The translations under genes were made by a program, and so were the position numbers. From UHGV virus genome UHGV-0203461: a stretch of DNA of 50,795 bases, one strand, 5' to 3'. A model generated the notes under the pieces. That model was not told where the DNA came from and did no database searches. It saw only the letters and a program-made list of their open reading frames with translations. Origin of the DNA: a virus. Shown here piece by piece: positions 8,671-19,982 of the stretch. Each line of letters starts with the position of its first letter. Position 1 is the stretch's first letter.

Positions 8671-8963
8671 TATAAAATTCCTCCTACCTTTTCATTTTCT
8701 GCAATTAGTAATTGATTTTCTAACTCTTGTATTCTCTTTTCTTCATCTGAAATAAATGTTGGTATTTCCTCTAAAATTGGTTCTTTTGTTTCTATATTTA
8801 TACCTATAATCCTATTTCTTGTATAATCTATACTTCCATACGGGACATCAACACAATGTAACTGTGTTATTATATCATGTTCTAATATGTCTCCTGTTGC
8901 TTCTCCAGTTTGGAGTAATATTTTACCAGTTTGGTCGTAAATTATTCTATTTGCTCTATTCAC
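8670..8963 (-). CDS. hypothetical protein, possible tail-fibre assembly factor
   Basis: 97 aa, directly downstream of the fibre gene. Confidence 0.3.
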   Translation of the reverse strand: MNRANRIIYDQTGKILLQTGEATGDILEHDIITQLHCVDVPYGSIDYTRNRIIGINIETKEPILEEIPTFISDEEKRIQELENQLLIAENEKVGGIL

Positions 8964-8976
8964 TTTGTCACCTCTT

Positions 8977-10710
8977 TTATATAAATTTTATAGCATGCCA
9001 AGAATGTAGGTAACTAGAAACATTGGGACTACTTGCAGGAACATTAATACCTTTATTATTTATATATACATCACGCTCATTATTTGAATAAATAAGTCCA
9101 CTTCCACTAAAATCTTGATTAGAATTTTTTTCTTTAGTAAATACAATTCTAGCCGAAAAATCTTTTTTATCCCAAAACCACTTTATATTACAAGTAGCAA
9201 TAACAATATGTTTAAAAATATAATTATTAGAAGTAACATATTGACATTCAGCAACAAAAATATTAGGAATAAAACCTAAATTATCAATCTTAAGCCAAGT
9301 ACCAGGTTGTCTACCAAAGGACTCTCCATATAAATTAGCCATTAAAGAACTATTTTTAACAACATCAATAGTACCACTGGCATATTTATATTTAGAATTT
9401 AACTGACTTATAGTGTTATTAGCTTGTGTTAACTGGTTCATCAAATCCTGCACACTAGCGTCAGAACTGTCAAAACTTGTTTTTATTTTCTCTGATAATT
9501 CAACTAGCGTATTATTTAAACTTGCTTCTATATTCTTTAATGCTAAAGTGTTTATAATACTTGTTTTGCCACTTTTAAATGCATCTTTAATTTCTATCCA
9601 TTTACTTGTAACTTCATCTGTTGTAGAACCAGCAGGAAGAGGTGCAATTCCTTTGCTTATACTTACAACTTTTTCTGCTGTGGCATTAGCGCTGTCTGTG
9701 ACAACTATCTTAAGTGTGTGTAGTGTATTATCTTCTAATGTATAGTTAATTGTTTTTTCAAGAGTTAAATCTGTTGTTATAGTTTCTTTTAGTACATCAT
9801 CTATAAAGTATTCTATTTTAGTTAGTAGTGTAGGGTCTGTGTGGTCTGCTTTAAACGTTGCAGTAGTTGAGTTATATGATGATATATTTAAAAATGGTAA
9901 TGCTTGTAGTAATGTTATTTTAGCGTAGCCATCTGCTCTAGTAGTATTACCTCCAGTAGTCATAACTACATTTTCTAGCCAATATTCAGATGTTGGTATA
10001 TATCCAGGTGGCTTATAACTATCTTTAGTTAGTGCGTAACCACTTCCACCACCTCCACATTCATTAGAATAAGAACCAGCACCACCGTGCCAACCACCAC
10101 CTCCACCTATTCCTATTCCACCATAACCTCCTTTTCCTAACGAACCATGGTATTCTTCTGTATCGTAACTTGTTCCACCTTGGTATTGAGAACCACCACC
10201 ACAAAAATCTCTGCCACGACCAATTCCATTTTCACCTACATAACCACCACCATGACCAATAGAACGAGCAGAAGCAAAATTATTTTCCATACCTCCACCA
10301 CCACCTGCAACAAGTATACGCGAAAGCAAACTTTCAGTGTTATCCCAAGTTGCTCTAGGTTGATAAAGTCTTATATCAGTTGCTCCACCACCATATTTAG
10401 AATAAGCAAAGCTACCAGTAGTAATCTTGCCAGCAGTGCCTGCACCGTTAAAACCACTTCTAGTAAGGCTTGAACCTTCGGGAACTTTCTCATAACCAGA
10501 TTGACCGACACAAATTTGTAGATTAGTTCTCTTTTTAAATACAATTTCACCTTTTGAATAACCACCTTTTGCGCAATCAGTCCAATCGCTTGCATCGACA
10601 GCACTACCACAAGCACCCCAACATTCCAATTTATATTTACCAGGAAACAAAGAAACATTTTGTACATAATTAGCATAATTAAAATTCCATTCAGTTTGCA
10701 TTTTTATCAC
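8977..10710 (-). CDS. glycine-rich tail fibre / receptor-binding protein
   Basis: 577 aa with long GGGG/GxG tracts and C-terminal beta-rich repeats. Position after the baseplate genes. Confidence 0.6.
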   Translation of the reverse strand: MIKMQTEWNFNYANYVQNVSLFPGKYKLECWGACGSAVDASDWTDCAKGGYSKGEIVFKKRTNLQICVGQSGYEKVPEGSSLTRSGFNGAGTAGKITTGSFAYSKYGGGATDIRLYQPRATWDNTESLLSRILVAGGGGGMENNFASARSIGHGGGYVGENGIGRGRDFCGGGSQYQGGTSYDTEEYHGSLGKGGYGGIGIGGGGGWHGGAGSYSNECGGGGSGYALTKDSYKPPGYIPTSEYWLENVVMTTGGNTTRADGYAKITLLQALPFLNISSYNSTTATFKADHTDPTLLTKIEYFIDDVLKETITTDLTLEKTINYTLEDNTLHTLKIVVTDSANATAEKVVSISKGIAPLPAGSTTDEVTSKWIEIKDAFKSGKTSIINTLALKNIEASLNNTLVELSEKIKTSFDSSDASVQDLMNQLTQANNTISQLNSKYKYASGTIDVVKNSSLMANLYGESFGRQPGTWLKIDNLGFIPNIFVAECQYVTSNNYIFKHIVIATCNIKWFWDKKDFSARIVFTKEKNSNQDFSGSGLIYSNNERDVYINNKGINVPASSPNVSSYLHSWHAIKFI

Positions 10711-10719
10711 TCTCCTTTC

Positions 10720-11502
10720 TTAAATAGGTAACATGTCATTTTGTATAGATATATTAACCTCATTGAAATTTTCTATCTTTCTAACAACTTCATCAATCGC
10801 CCCTTGCACATTCGTAGCAGTAAGATTGCTTGTTGCATTATTATAACTTGTTTTCTCTGCTGTTGTTTCTATACTATCTACACTAGTTTTAACCTCATTT
10901 AATGCACCAACAAGACTAGTTTTATCCGTTGTTTCAAGTTGTGTTGTATCTCCTATTTTGTTGTTTAACTCTGTTTTAGCAGTTTCTATACTGTTTGTTA
11001 ATTCTGTTTTAGTTGTATCTATTTTAGAGTCTAGGTCCTGTATGTCTTTAAGTGTAGCAAAAATTATCGTAGGGTCAATTTTAAGTTCTATATTATTTAC
11101 ATTAGATACAATAAGCACAGTTTTAACCTTCATGTCTACCACTGCACCTTGTTCTATAGAAGGTTTATAACACTCTTTGTATTTAGAAATGGCAATTAAA
11201 TTATTTTCATCATCTAAATATCCTATTTCTCTTATCATAAACCCACCTACACTTGATGGTATTAAACTCTCTAATATTATACAATTTGGTGCAGTTTCAT
11301 CTGTAGTTGTATTTCCGATATTGCCTTCCCATACCACATTTTTGAGAGCTGTCTGACTCTCAGTAGGAGTATACTCACTCCCCCCTCCATCACCAAGTTG
11401 AATTTTTACAAATCCCACTTTATTACCTGTGACACTTGCATTTGCTATCTTTGCTTTTCCTACATCTGTAATTATAGTGTAATAACTTTTATCTATAGCC
11501 AA
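10720..11502 (-). CDS. tail fibre / XkdV-like protein
   Basis: 260 aa. N-terminal fibre-attachment-like region. Location. Confidence 0.45.
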   Translation of the reverse strand: MAIDKSYYTIITDVGKAKIANASVTGNKVGFVKIQLGDGGGSEYTPTESQTALKNVVWEGNIGNTTTDETAPNCIILESLIPSSVGGFMIREIGYLDDENNLIAISKYKECYKPSIEQGAVVDMKVKTVLIVSNVNNIELKIDPTIIFATLKDIQDLDSKIDTTKTELTNSIETAKTELNNKIGDTTQLETTDKTSLVGALNEVKTSVDSIETTAEKTSYNNATSNLTATNVQGAIDEVVRKIENFNEVNISIQNDMLPI

Positions 11503-11513
11503 TATATCACCTC

Positions 11514-12131
11514 CTAAAATATTGTTACCTCTTGGTATCCAACTCCATTGCCAGTTAATACATCAATTTCTCCATAAGTTTCTATATCTGGTGGACTCCA
11601 AGGGTATATAGTTATTTCTTGACCCATTAGGGTTGTTATACCAAAATTCATATAATTGTCTTTGCTTATAAGCACTCTAGTGTAATCTAGTGTCATGTTA
11701 CATGGCTTAATATTACTTACAAAAGAATGTACTTCCTCAAACCAATCTTGATTTCTAGCATCACTCTCAAGATGTATGTTATAAGTAGCATTATTAATAG
11801 TTAATTCATAATTACCTTCTCCAACTATACTATCTAGCCAATTCCTTAAAAATCTCTCTGAATAAGGTAATTTACTTATATATTTACTAAAAATCCTAAA
11901 CCTTCTATCTTCTAAACTCTCATTACTTTTAGGAGTTATAGACATTATCTTTTCCCATCTTTTTATACCACTTATAGTTAGGTCCTCTAAAAACTGGTCA
12001 TTTGATAGGTCCTTTAATTTATCATGTAGTGTTTTTATTTCTTTATTTTCTACATTAAATACTTTTATATATTCTTCTTTATCTTGTAGAATTTGTGGCA
12101 AGTAATTTATTAGATTAATCTCTTTATCCAA
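11514..12131 (-). CDS. XkdU-like (DUF2313-type) baseplate protein
   Basis: 205 aa. Synteny with the PBSX-like baseplate cluster. Confidence 0.45.
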   Translation of the reverse strand: MDKEINLINYLPQILQDKEEYIKVFNVENKEIKTLHDKLKDLSNDQFLEDLTISGIKRWEKIMSITPKSNESLEDRRFRIFSKYISKLPYSERFLRNWLDSIVGEGNYELTINNATYNIHLESDARNQDWFEEVHSFVSNIKPCNMTLDYTRVLISKDNYMNFGITTLMGQEITIYPWSPPDIETYGEIDVLTGNGVGYQEVTIF

Positions 12132-13173
12132 CTACCTCACCTCTCACTACTATACTGTTACTATCTATTGTTAGATTAGATTTAACATCATTTATCATTG
12201 TGTTTGCAATGTCTAATACTCCATCAATACTAAGTAATCTAGTTTCAATCTGAGATATACGGACTATTAAGTTTTCTTCATCTTCCCAACTCATATTAAG
12301 CTCATTTAAATAGTCATCAACTGCTTCCTCTGCAATTGATTTTATATTCTCCCAAGTGTAGCCACTCTTATATGTTATTCCTGCTGATATATTTATTGTC
12401 GTGCTGGTAACTCCTTCAACTGTGACTCTATGACCTATCGGCGCTAGACCTAAGCCTTGTCCTTGATGTCCAATTGGGTCAATTTCTTCTTGCACTAAAT
12501 TAACTAATTCTTCACTTGGTACTTTAAAGTTAGAATTAATTATTACTAGTTTTACAGTACCTCCACCATTCCAAACAGGATAAACTTTAACTCCTCCAAC
12601 ATCTTGTATTTTGTTAACTTCATCTTTATAGTTTTGAATATTACCCCCAAAAGATTGAGAATTTAAACTATCATAGTATCTTTGTCTTAAACTGTCCTCT
12701 GATTCTGCATCTTCTCCATTAATTAATATTTCAGTTAACTGAGCAGTTTCAAGCCCATCTATATATTCAATCGGAATCAACTGACCAAGTTCAAAAATAG
12801 GTCCAGTAGTTTCACATTTCATCTTATATATTCCTTCACTAATCCTTTCAGTTGCTGTATAATTATACTCTCCTAAATTAAAGCGTGAATCAAGAGGAAT
12901 ATCTATGTTAAAAACTCCTTTTGCAATTGTATTAGTGGCTTCAAGAGGTGTGATTCCTCGCTCTTTGCATCTTTTCTCTAAATAGTAATAACTAGCAGTA
13001 TCTACAAAGGTTTGGTCTAATAATTCATCCATGGCAATGTATGTTTCTGTAAGTTCTATAGCTACTGGTGCCAAGGCGTTATATATTATAGAACCTTCTC
13101 TTTTATCAAGAGTATCTGGTACACTATCTAACATTCTTTTAATTATATTTTCAAAAGTCATTAACTCAAACAA
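12124..13173 (-). CDS. baseplate J-like protein (XkdT-like)
   Basis: 349 aa. Size and position match Baseplate_J. Confidence 0.65.
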   Translation of the reverse strand: MFELMTFENIIKRMLDSVPDTLDKREGSIIYNALAPVAIELTETYIAMDELLDQTFVDTASYYYLEKRCKERGITPLEATNTIAKGVFNIDIPLDSRFNLGEYNYTATERISEGIYKMKCETTGPIFELGQLIPIEYIDGLETAQLTEILINGEDAESEDSLRQRYYDSLNSQSFGGNIQNYKDEVNKIQDVGGVKVYPVWNGGGTVKLVIINSNFKVPSEELVNLVQEEIDPIGHQGQGLGLAPIGHRVTVEGVTSTTINISAGITYKSGYTWENIKSIAEEAVDDYLNELNMSWEDEENLIVRISQIETRLLSIDGVLDIANTMINDVKSNLTIDSNSIVVRGEVVG

Positions 13174-13593
13174 TTATACACTCACCACCTTCTCTGCTTT
13201 GATATTTCCATATTTGGTATGGACCATAAATTTACAATGGACCTTTCCTTTTACATTTTGAAACTCAAAATTATCTACAGTTTCAATCCTATCATCTTGA
13301 ATTAGTGCTTCTTTGATTCGCCTTTCAATTTCAGGTATTACAAAGGAAATAGGTTCTCCAATTAAGTCATTTAACTCAACTCCATAGTTCCAAGAATAAA
13401 TAAGGTGCTCATACCTTTCAGTATTTAAAATTAAAAAGATGGTTTGTTTTAATGCTTCTACATCATCACAAATACCATCTACTCTGTTTTTTTCTATATG
13501 AAGTTTAAATGTCTTACTTGGTTCTTGCCTTACATCAAAGTTAATTATTGATACATCTTCAATGTCATAGTCAATGTTATCTGTTGGTAACAC
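13174..13593 (-). CDS. XkdS-like baseplate protein (DUF2634-type)
   Basis: 139 aa. Synteny. Confidence 0.4.
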   Translation of the reverse strand: MLPTDNIDYDIEDVSIINFDVRQEPSKTFKLHIEKNRVDGICDDVEALKQTIFLILNTERYEHLIYSWNYGVELNDLIGEPISFVIPEIERRIKEALIQDDRIETVDNFEFQNVKGKVHCKFMVHTKYGNIKAEKVVSV

Positions 13594-13597
13594 TTTA

Positions 13598-13858
13598 TCA
13601 CATCCTATCTAAAATCAAATATTGCTGTCCTCCTTGCATACGAATTAAAACCAATTTATCTCCTATTTTTTTATCTGTATATCTTTTAAATGTTTCTGTC
13701 TGTATTAAAAAGAATTCATCAAAAGATGCTTTTTGTTCTATATAAACTACTAATGGATTAAGACTTTCTATAGTTCCAAATGCAATCATCATTGGATTGC
13801 TTGTTTCTACTGCATCCATTGCAGCCTTTTTTATCACTTGTAATAAGTCTTGTGACAC
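13598..13858 (-). CDS. XkdR-like small baseplate protein (DUF2577-type)
   Basis: 86 aa. Synteny. Confidence 0.35.
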   Translation of the reverse strand: MSQDLLQVIKKAAMDAVETSNPMMIAFGTIESLNPLVVYIEQKASFDEFFLIQTETFKRYTDKKIGDKLVLIRMQGGQQYLILDRM

Positions 13859-13871
13859 TTTATCACCTCAC

Positions 13872-15824
13872 TTATATAAATCTTCTTACATGTGTGTACG
13901 CTTTTCCTTTTCGATATGAATCAACCGATTGTATTTTTACTACATCACCAGTCTGTGGCGAATGAATCATTTTACCATTCCCAATATACATCATGACATG
14001 ATTACTATTTCCTCCACCAACTCTACATAATAAGTCTCCTGCTTTCCATTTACTTCTATCTTTTAAATCTACAGCCTTACCTGCTTTACTCTGCGTTGCA
14101 ACAGTTCGAGGAATTTTTATACCTACTTGTTTATAGCACCACTGCGTAAATCCAGAACAATCAAAAGTATTTGGTCCTTCTGCCCCCCAAACATATTTAC
14201 AACCTAATTTACTTTTAGCTATACTAATTAATTTATCTGCTTTAGAATTATTTGCATTACTATTTTGATTATTACCTTGAACTTGATAAGTTATATCTTT
14301 TAAATTCTTTTCTGCTTCTTCATTACTTCCAACTCCTGTACCTGCACTATTAGAACTATATGCACTTCCTGTTATTTGTTTATAGAACTTTCCTACTCCT
14401 GGTACCCAATCTTTGTTAAGAGGACTATCATAAAGCGGAGCATATTTGTCTCTAATACTTTCTAATGTTTTTCTTCCTGTATGAATATAATTTCTTGATA
14501 AATTACTTATACCTCTTTTTATTCCTTCATCTACAGAACTAAAAGACATCCCTTTCATTCCAAAGAAATTATTTTTATTTTTGCAAAGTGAAGAACTACC
14601 ATTTCCTGTTTCATGTATAGAAATAGCAGCCATTAAAGCTGCATTGACCTTGTAAGCATTAGAATATTTAACAAATATACTTCCTGTATTTGATAATTTT
14701 CCTTTAAACACTTTATTTAATTTATTTATCATATCACTGTCTTCTTTATTTGTAGTACTTTGTGCAGGACCATTTTTCTTTTCATCTTTATTATTACTAT
14801 TTCCACTACTATATGAACTTGAAGAATAAGAAGCAAATTCGTCGCCATCAACAAGTGTTAAATCCATAAAATGACTGTTATTTTCAAAAGTATGTTTTAC
14901 TTTCTCAACTAGCATATAATTTTGAAGTTTAATATCTCCTAGATTTAAAAAAACAGGTACTAAACAACCTGCTCTCACTCTAATATCTCCAAGTACATTT
15001 TTTAAACTTAATGACTTAGTTTTCTTATTATATAGTTTTAGAAGTATATCACACTTTTGTTTTATCTCTGCTTCACTCATGTTTTTGTCTACTGTATCAA
15101 ACATTTGAAGTATTCCCCAACTCCTCATATGCGTTGAGTCTTGAGCAATATACACATCTCTTTTTCCTGTTTCTTCATTATCTCTCACAAGTTTAATCTT
15201 TGTGTAAGTATCACTATCTATTGATGAATTATAGTCAAAGTCTTCTATTACATCATTGTTCATAACAGTATCTAATTTCATTGATGCAACATTCTTTAAT
15301 GTTATTCTTCCAAAATCATCATATAACACATACATTTCTTTTTTCTCTCTTAGAGTATCATCTAGTGCAGTTAAGACCATATCAAAGAGTGTTTTATTTT
15401 CTTCAACTCTCGATATTTTATATTTTGTATCTTCTATGACATTGTATTTTAAATTAAAATCTTTAGCCAACATCTTTACAAGTTCACTTGCTGTTTTATT
15501 ACTATATACATAAGTATCTTTATTTTTAAAATATCTCAACTGGTCATAAGCAACTATTTTAATGTGATTTTCTTTATCTCTTTTCTTCTGAAATATATAT
15601 CCATAAAATATGCCAATTCCCTTATAATATATCCTTACAGAATTACCTTCGCAAAACTCTAATATATCATCCATTGCTATAGTAAACTCTAACTTTGAAG
15701 GTGAACCTCTTCTTTCTATCTCCCATGTGATACCATCAATGACAGCAGGTTCGTAGAAATCTTCCCAATGTGCAATAACTAGCCTTATATCTCTATCATT
15801 CGCCAGAACTAAATCATCAGACAA
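13872..15824 (-). CDS. XkdQ-like tail protein fused to two peptidoglycan hydrolase domains (glucosaminidase-like and NlpC/P60): tail-associated lysin
   Basis: 650 aa. Mid-region AAISIHETGNGSS (glucosaminidase/lysozyme-like). C-terminal NlpC/P60 with a conserved Cys (TFDCSGFTQWCY) and His (NHVMMYIGNGKMIH). Confidence 0.65.
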   Translation of the reverse strand: MSDDLVLANDRDIRLVIAHWEDFYEPAVIDGITWEIERRGSPSKLEFTIAMDDILEFCEGNSVRIYYKGIGIFYGYIFQKKRDKENHIKIVAYDQLRYFKNKDTYVYSNKTASELVKMLAKDFNLKYNVIEDTKYKISRVEENKTLFDMVLTALDDTLREKKEMYVLYDDFGRITLKNVASMKLDTVMNNDVIEDFDYNSSIDSDTYTKIKLVRDNEETGKRDVYIAQDSTHMRSWGILQMFDTVDKNMSEAEIKQKCDILLKLYNKKTKSLSLKNVLGDIRVRAGCLVPVFLNLGDIKLQNYMLVEKVKHTFENNSHFMDLTLVDGDEFASYSSSSYSSGNSNNKDEKKNGPAQSTTNKEDSDMINKLNKVFKGKLSNTGSIFVKYSNAYKVNAALMAAISIHETGNGSSSLCKNKNNFFGMKGMSFSSVDEGIKRGISNLSRNYIHTGRKTLESIRDKYAPLYDSPLNKDWVPGVGKFYKQITGSAYSSNSAGTGVGSNEEAEKNLKDITYQVQGNNQNSNANNSKADKLISIAKSKLGCKYVWGAEGPNTFDCSGFTQWCYKQVGIKIPRTVATQSKAGKAVDLKDRSKWKAGDLLCRVGGGNSNHVMMYIGNGKMIHSPQTGDVVKIQSVDSYRKGKAYTHVRRFI

Positions 15825-16506
15825 GCCTCAACACCTGCCCTTTATAGATGGTATATTTAGGTACTTTTTTACCCTTGTTAGCTTTATCCATCATTGTTTT
15901 ATTTAACTCATATACTTTCTTGTATAACGAACCATTACCAAGTTGCTTCTGACAAATTGACCAAAGGCTATCCCCTGCTTTTACTGTATATGTTTTAGTG
16001 TTTGTGGCATTGACTGAATCAACTCGTTTTGGCTCTATCTTTACATTAGGTCTACCAGTCTCATTTTTAGGAGGGGCAAGAACTAACTTTTTAGTTGAGT
16101 AATCTCTATATTGCTTTAACTTTATTGCAACTTTTGTATCTGAACCATTTTCTGCATCTTCTGAAATAGCATACTCTTCAAGAGATACTTTTATATTAGT
16201 GTTAAATAGTACTTTATTACCTAATTCCCTCGATACAATAAATTGAAATGGCTTACAATCAGTTTTTAATAGTTCCAGTTTACTTAAAAAGAATTGAACA
16301 TCTTTAAAAGCTCCACGATAAAAAGGTAGCTTATTGTGTGTAAATTCTGCTTCAAAACTTATTTCAGATAGCCCTTCTTTTTTTAATATGTTTACTTCTC
16401 CAGTATTTATCAAATCAACTGTCTTGTTTTTATTTGTAACTTTAATCTCTAACTTTGGCGGAGGTATTGGTAATTGTACTCCATCTAAATAAAAGTCATA
16501 AGCCAT
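15817..16506 (-). CDS. LysM-domain tail protein (XkdP-like)
   Basis: 229 aa. C-terminal LysM motif (YTVKAGDSLWSICQKQLGN...YTIYKGQVLRL). Confidence 0.65.
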   Translation of the reverse strand: MAYDFYLDGVQLPIPPPKLEIKVTNKNKTVDLINTGEVNILKKEGLSEISFEAEFTHNKLPFYRGAFKDVQFFLSKLELLKTDCKPFQFIVSRELGNKVLFNTNIKVSLEEYAISEDAENGSDTKVAIKLKQYRDYSTKKLVLAPPKNETGRPNVKIEPKRVDSVNATNTKTYTVKAGDSLWSICQKQLGNGSLYKKVYELNKTMMDKANKGKKVPKYTIYKGQVLRLV

Positions 16507-16521
16507 TTATATCCCTCCTCT

Positions 16522-18864
16522 CTAAACTATTCCCTCAGCAGATACAACCATGGCATCATTCAGTTTCTCAGTTAAGACATTTACTATGCCGTCGACATCT
16601 GCCTCACTATTTATGTTGTTTGTATTGTTCATATCAATTTTAATGTTGACTCCTGTAAATCGATTTATTACCTCCTGCTCTGCAATATCTCTAAGATATT
16701 TTAAATCTTCTTGACTTTTATCCATTGTTTTAGCCATTTTTGCAGTATTTCCTGCGGTGTCTTTTGCTCCTTTGGCTGCATCATTGAGAGGAGAATTTAA
16801 TCCTGCTGAGCCTATTCCTTCACCAAGTCCGTATTTTTTATCCCAAAGGTCATCTAATCCTAATTTTTTCTTTGCATCTTCTGCTATTTTACTGATATCA
16901 AAAGTATCTTTCAATTTGTTTTGTAATTGATGTCCTACGTCATATCCTTTTATAAATTCTGACTTTAAATTTTTGTACTCTACTAATTCTGGTTTCCATG
17001 CTTTAGGCTCAGGCGGTTTTTGAATGGGTTTAAATGTTGTTTTTGTACCAATTACAGTATTTACTTTTTGAAATTCTTTCATTTGTGGTAAATCAATTCC
17101 TGGAATTTTATTAATCTGTTGTACTAACCAATTCAATCCTTTTACAGCTATATTAACAGCTTTTATAATACCATTTGCTAGATTGGTAGCAAATTTATCA
17201 AAAGCTTTGTCTAAATTAACACCTGCCTTGAGTCCTGCGTTAGCCATATCAATAAAAAAACATTGTACTGCATATAAACCAGTTCTAAAAGCATTTGCTA
17301 TTCCAACTACACAAATATTTATCGCATTTACTATCCCTGAAATTACGTTATAAACGACTGCACATAACCAATACCAAGCTCCAACTGCAAGACTTATTAC
17401 ACTTATGCTTGTTCCTGCAAAATGATTATACACAGCTACCAATATAAATACAGCAGATATTACTGCAATTATACCTAAAACTACCCACGTTAGTGGACAT
17501 GCATATAATGCCGCATTTAAACCATATTGTGCTATAATTTGTCTCCATGTTGCTCCTGTGGCTAGGTCATGCATAATGGCTGTTTGAGCTAGTTGAAAAT
17601 CAAACCATTTTTGAGATAATAATGCAATGGAATTTGCAATTGCTAGTCCTAGTACTGCTGTTTTGTATAATGTTAATGCTCCTACAATCCCCAAAATTAC
17701 AGGAGATATTATACTCCAATTTTGTGCAAATATATTAGCAAGGTTTAATGCTTGTGTTATTATCCAGCCTAGTGCTTGTGAAATTAAACTTATCCCAACA
17801 ATCATTGTGTTTGAAAAACTTTGAAAAGCTGGGCTCCCTAATATACTTATAATTCCATTAAAAATGTTATAAGCAACATTTCCAAGTACATACAAAGAGT
17901 TTATAAAATTATCTATAAAGGTTCGAAATCCCTTACTAGACATAGACTGTTCAATTTTTTTCTGTATAACACCAAATATCATGATTGCATTATTTTTAAT
18001 TGAAGTCCAAATTTGAGAAAATGTGTAAGGCATTTTTTCAAACTCTGCATTGGTCTGCTCTGCTGCTGCAAGTAATGAGTTTTTTACAATATCTGCTGTT
18101 AACATTCCCTCTGATGCCATTCCTCTTATTTTTCCTATGTCCACGTCCAAATAATCTGCAATCGATTGGATGATGTTAGGTGCTGACTCAAACACAGCAT
18201 TCAGTTCCTCACCTCTTAATACGCCAGAACTCAACCCTTGGGTTAGCTGTAACAATGCCGAGTTCATTTCCTCAGTACTTGCGCCTGCTATTACAAATTT
18301 TTTGTTTAATTGCTCTGCAAAACCTACAATTTCTTTTGTACTGCTAAACGCCTTTCCTGCGTTCATGCCTATACGACTCACTATTTGTGCAGTATCTAAG
18401 TAAGATGCTCTTGACCTTTCAGCTGATTGAAATATCATTTTATTAAGTCCAGCATCTGATTGTTGCCCATCATTTATCATGCCAAGTCTCGCATTAGTAC
18501 TTGTCATCTGGTCGCTTAAATTTCCTAGACCTCCTAATGTTCTTATACCTAAATAAGTTGCTGCTAGCTTCTTTGCACTTCCAACTAATCTATCTGTAGA
18601 ACTTGCACCCTTATTTATATCCTCATTAAGTTTTCGCTGTTGATTATCTGATTCTCTTATTTGTCGTTCTAATCTATCAAATCCAGCTTCTGCTCTTGCT
18701 AGTTCTTCTCTAGCTGTTCTAATACTATTAGCATCTATAGCATTACTAGATGTTCTTTGTAATTGCTCGAATGAACTCAGTACTATATTCATAGCATTAG
18801 TCATATGCCGAAATGCAGGTGTCATTCCGTCGAAAATTCGGATAGATGTCTGTATCGTTGCCAT
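16522..18864 (-). CDS. tail tape measure protein
   Basis: 780 aa. Coiled-coil N-terminus, central hydrophobic TM-like block, Gly-rich C-terminus. Position after the tail chaperones. Confidence 0.85.
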   Translation of the reverse strand: MATIQTSIRIFDGMTPAFRHMTNAMNIVLSSFEQLQRTSSNAIDANSIRTAREELARAEAGFDRLERQIRESDNQQRKLNEDINKGASSTDRLVGSAKKLAATYLGIRTLGGLGNLSDQMTSTNARLGMINDGQQSDAGLNKMIFQSAERSRASYLDTAQIVSRIGMNAGKAFSSTKEIVGFAEQLNKKFVIAGASTEEMNSALLQLTQGLSSGVLRGEELNAVFESAPNIIQSIADYLDVDIGKIRGMASEGMLTADIVKNSLLAAAEQTNAEFEKMPYTFSQIWTSIKNNAIMIFGVIQKKIEQSMSSKGFRTFIDNFINSLYVLGNVAYNIFNGIISILGSPAFQSFSNTMIVGISLISQALGWIITQALNLANIFAQNWSIISPVILGIVGALTLYKTAVLGLAIANSIALLSQKWFDFQLAQTAIMHDLATGATWRQIIAQYGLNAALYACPLTWVVLGIIAVISAVFILVAVYNHFAGTSISVISLAVGAWYWLCAVVYNVISGIVNAINICVVGIANAFRTGLYAVQCFFIDMANAGLKAGVNLDKAFDKFATNLANGIIKAVNIAVKGLNWLVQQINKIPGIDLPQMKEFQKVNTVIGTKTTFKPIQKPPEPKAWKPELVEYKNLKSEFIKGYDVGHQLQNKLKDTFDISKIAEDAKKKLGLDDLWDKKYGLGEGIGSAGLNSPLNDAAKGAKDTAGNTAKMAKTMDKSQEDLKYLRDIAEQEVINRFTGVNIKIDMNNTNNINSEADVDGIVNVLTEKLNDAMVVSAEGIV

Positions 18865-18896
18865 TTTTTCACTCTCCTTCCTTATTTTAATACAAT

Positions 18897-18928
18897 AAAA
18901 GCACTCACTAATTTTTAGTAAGTGCTTT
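18897..18928. terminator. hairpin AAAGCACTCACT-loop-AGTAAGTGCTTT, first member of a recurring terminator family
   Basis: Near-perfect 12-bp stem flanked by A/T runs. Lies between the SHOCT gene and the tape measure gene. Confidence 0.45.
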
Positions 18929-18933
18929 CTGTA

Positions 18934-19704
18934 TTATAAATTTAGTAATTCTTTCTTCTTAGTATTAAATTCTTCATCTGTTATTGCTCCTAAGTCTAAC
19001 AATTCTTTTAATCCCTTTACTTGTTGTATTGCATCATTAGAATTATTTTGTATATTAACAGCTTCATTATCCTTTACAATTATTGCTAAAACAGATAATA
19101 TTTCTTGTGCAGAAGAATATGCCATTTTGTAAATTGAAGAATTACTTTTAGTTCTTAATTGTATCAGATTTACATAAACATTAGGATTACTTAAATTATT
19201 TAATGTTATTTTTATCTTAAGACTATCTATGAAAGCTTTTGTTGTTCTTTTAGCTGTTACTCCTCCAACAACAGCACCTACTCCTCCAAATAAAGCTCCC
19301 CCTGCTAAAGCTCTTCCTATCCCTCCTTTAGTCACAGTTTCGCCATTTTCTAGAAGTTCATATTCTATAACATCACTGTAATTATAAACATTTAAATTCA
19401 CTTTTTCTCTATTAAACCCATTTAAAACAATAAATTTCTTATTATTATCATCAAATTCCATAAATTTTAATATTTTTTTTGTAGGATTAAAATTTTTAAG
19501 CTCTTTTTCTTTATCATCTTTTGATTCAATAGCCTTCTCGACCTCTAATTTAGTTGGTAACCCACGATATAAAGTATTTCCTGGAGTAAAGGTGGCAACT
19601 GCATATTTCTTAAAACACTCTTTACACAACCATCCATCAGCTATTTTTTGTTTTCCTTTTTCTCCACAAATACAACAATTATCTTTACTTCCAAACAATC
19701 CCAT
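18934..19704 (-). CDS. zinc-ribbon (DUF4428-like) / glycine-zipper / SHOCT-domain protein; moron
   Basis: 256 aa. N-terminal CCICG...CKEC, a central GRALAGGALFGGVGAVVGGVTA glycine zipper, and a C-terminal SHOCT motif (LKELLDLGAITDEEFNTKKKELL). Confidence 0.5.
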   Translation of the reverse strand: MGLFGSKDNCCICGEKGKQKIADGWLCKECFKKYAVATFTPGNTLYRGLPTKLEVEKAIESKDDKEKELKNFNPTKKILKFMEFDDNNKKFIVLNGFNREKVNLNVYNYSDVIEYELLENGETVTKGGIGRALAGGALFGGVGAVVGGVTAKRTTKAFIDSLKIKITLNNLSNPNVYVNLIQLRTKSNSSIYKMAYSSAQEILSVLAIIVKDNEAVNIQNNSNDAIQQVKGLKELLDLGAITDEEFNTKKKELLNL

Positions 19705-19783
19705 AATATTACCCCCTACGCAATTTTATAAGATTATTATACTATATAAGTAAAATTTTTACATTATAATCACATCCTTTCAA

Positions 19784-19819
19784 TAAAAAAACACCTACTT
19801 TTTAAGTAAGTGTTTTTCA
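19784..19819. terminator. hairpin AAACACCTACTT-TTTTA-AAGTAAGTGTTT
   Basis: Same motif family as the hairpins at 18897, 21229 and 28486. Lies between the antirepressor and the SHOCT gene. Confidence 0.4.
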
Positions 19820-19982
19820 TTTATATAATTAATTTCTTATTTATACTTTGATTGTTTACAATATATATCTACTATTTGTTTGAAAACATAAAAGTTCTCT
19901 TTATCTTCTTGTATATTTTTTAGGCGAGAAATAAAACGTTCTTTTTCCTCACTACATACATCATTTAATAAGTTATTTTACA

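Noticed and set aside
9413-10676. ORFs 9413-9745 (+), 10147-10473 (+) and 10371-10676 (-) inside the tail-fibre gene
   Set aside because: Alternative-frame or antisense ORFs within a long Gly-rich CDS with biased composition. No independent signals.
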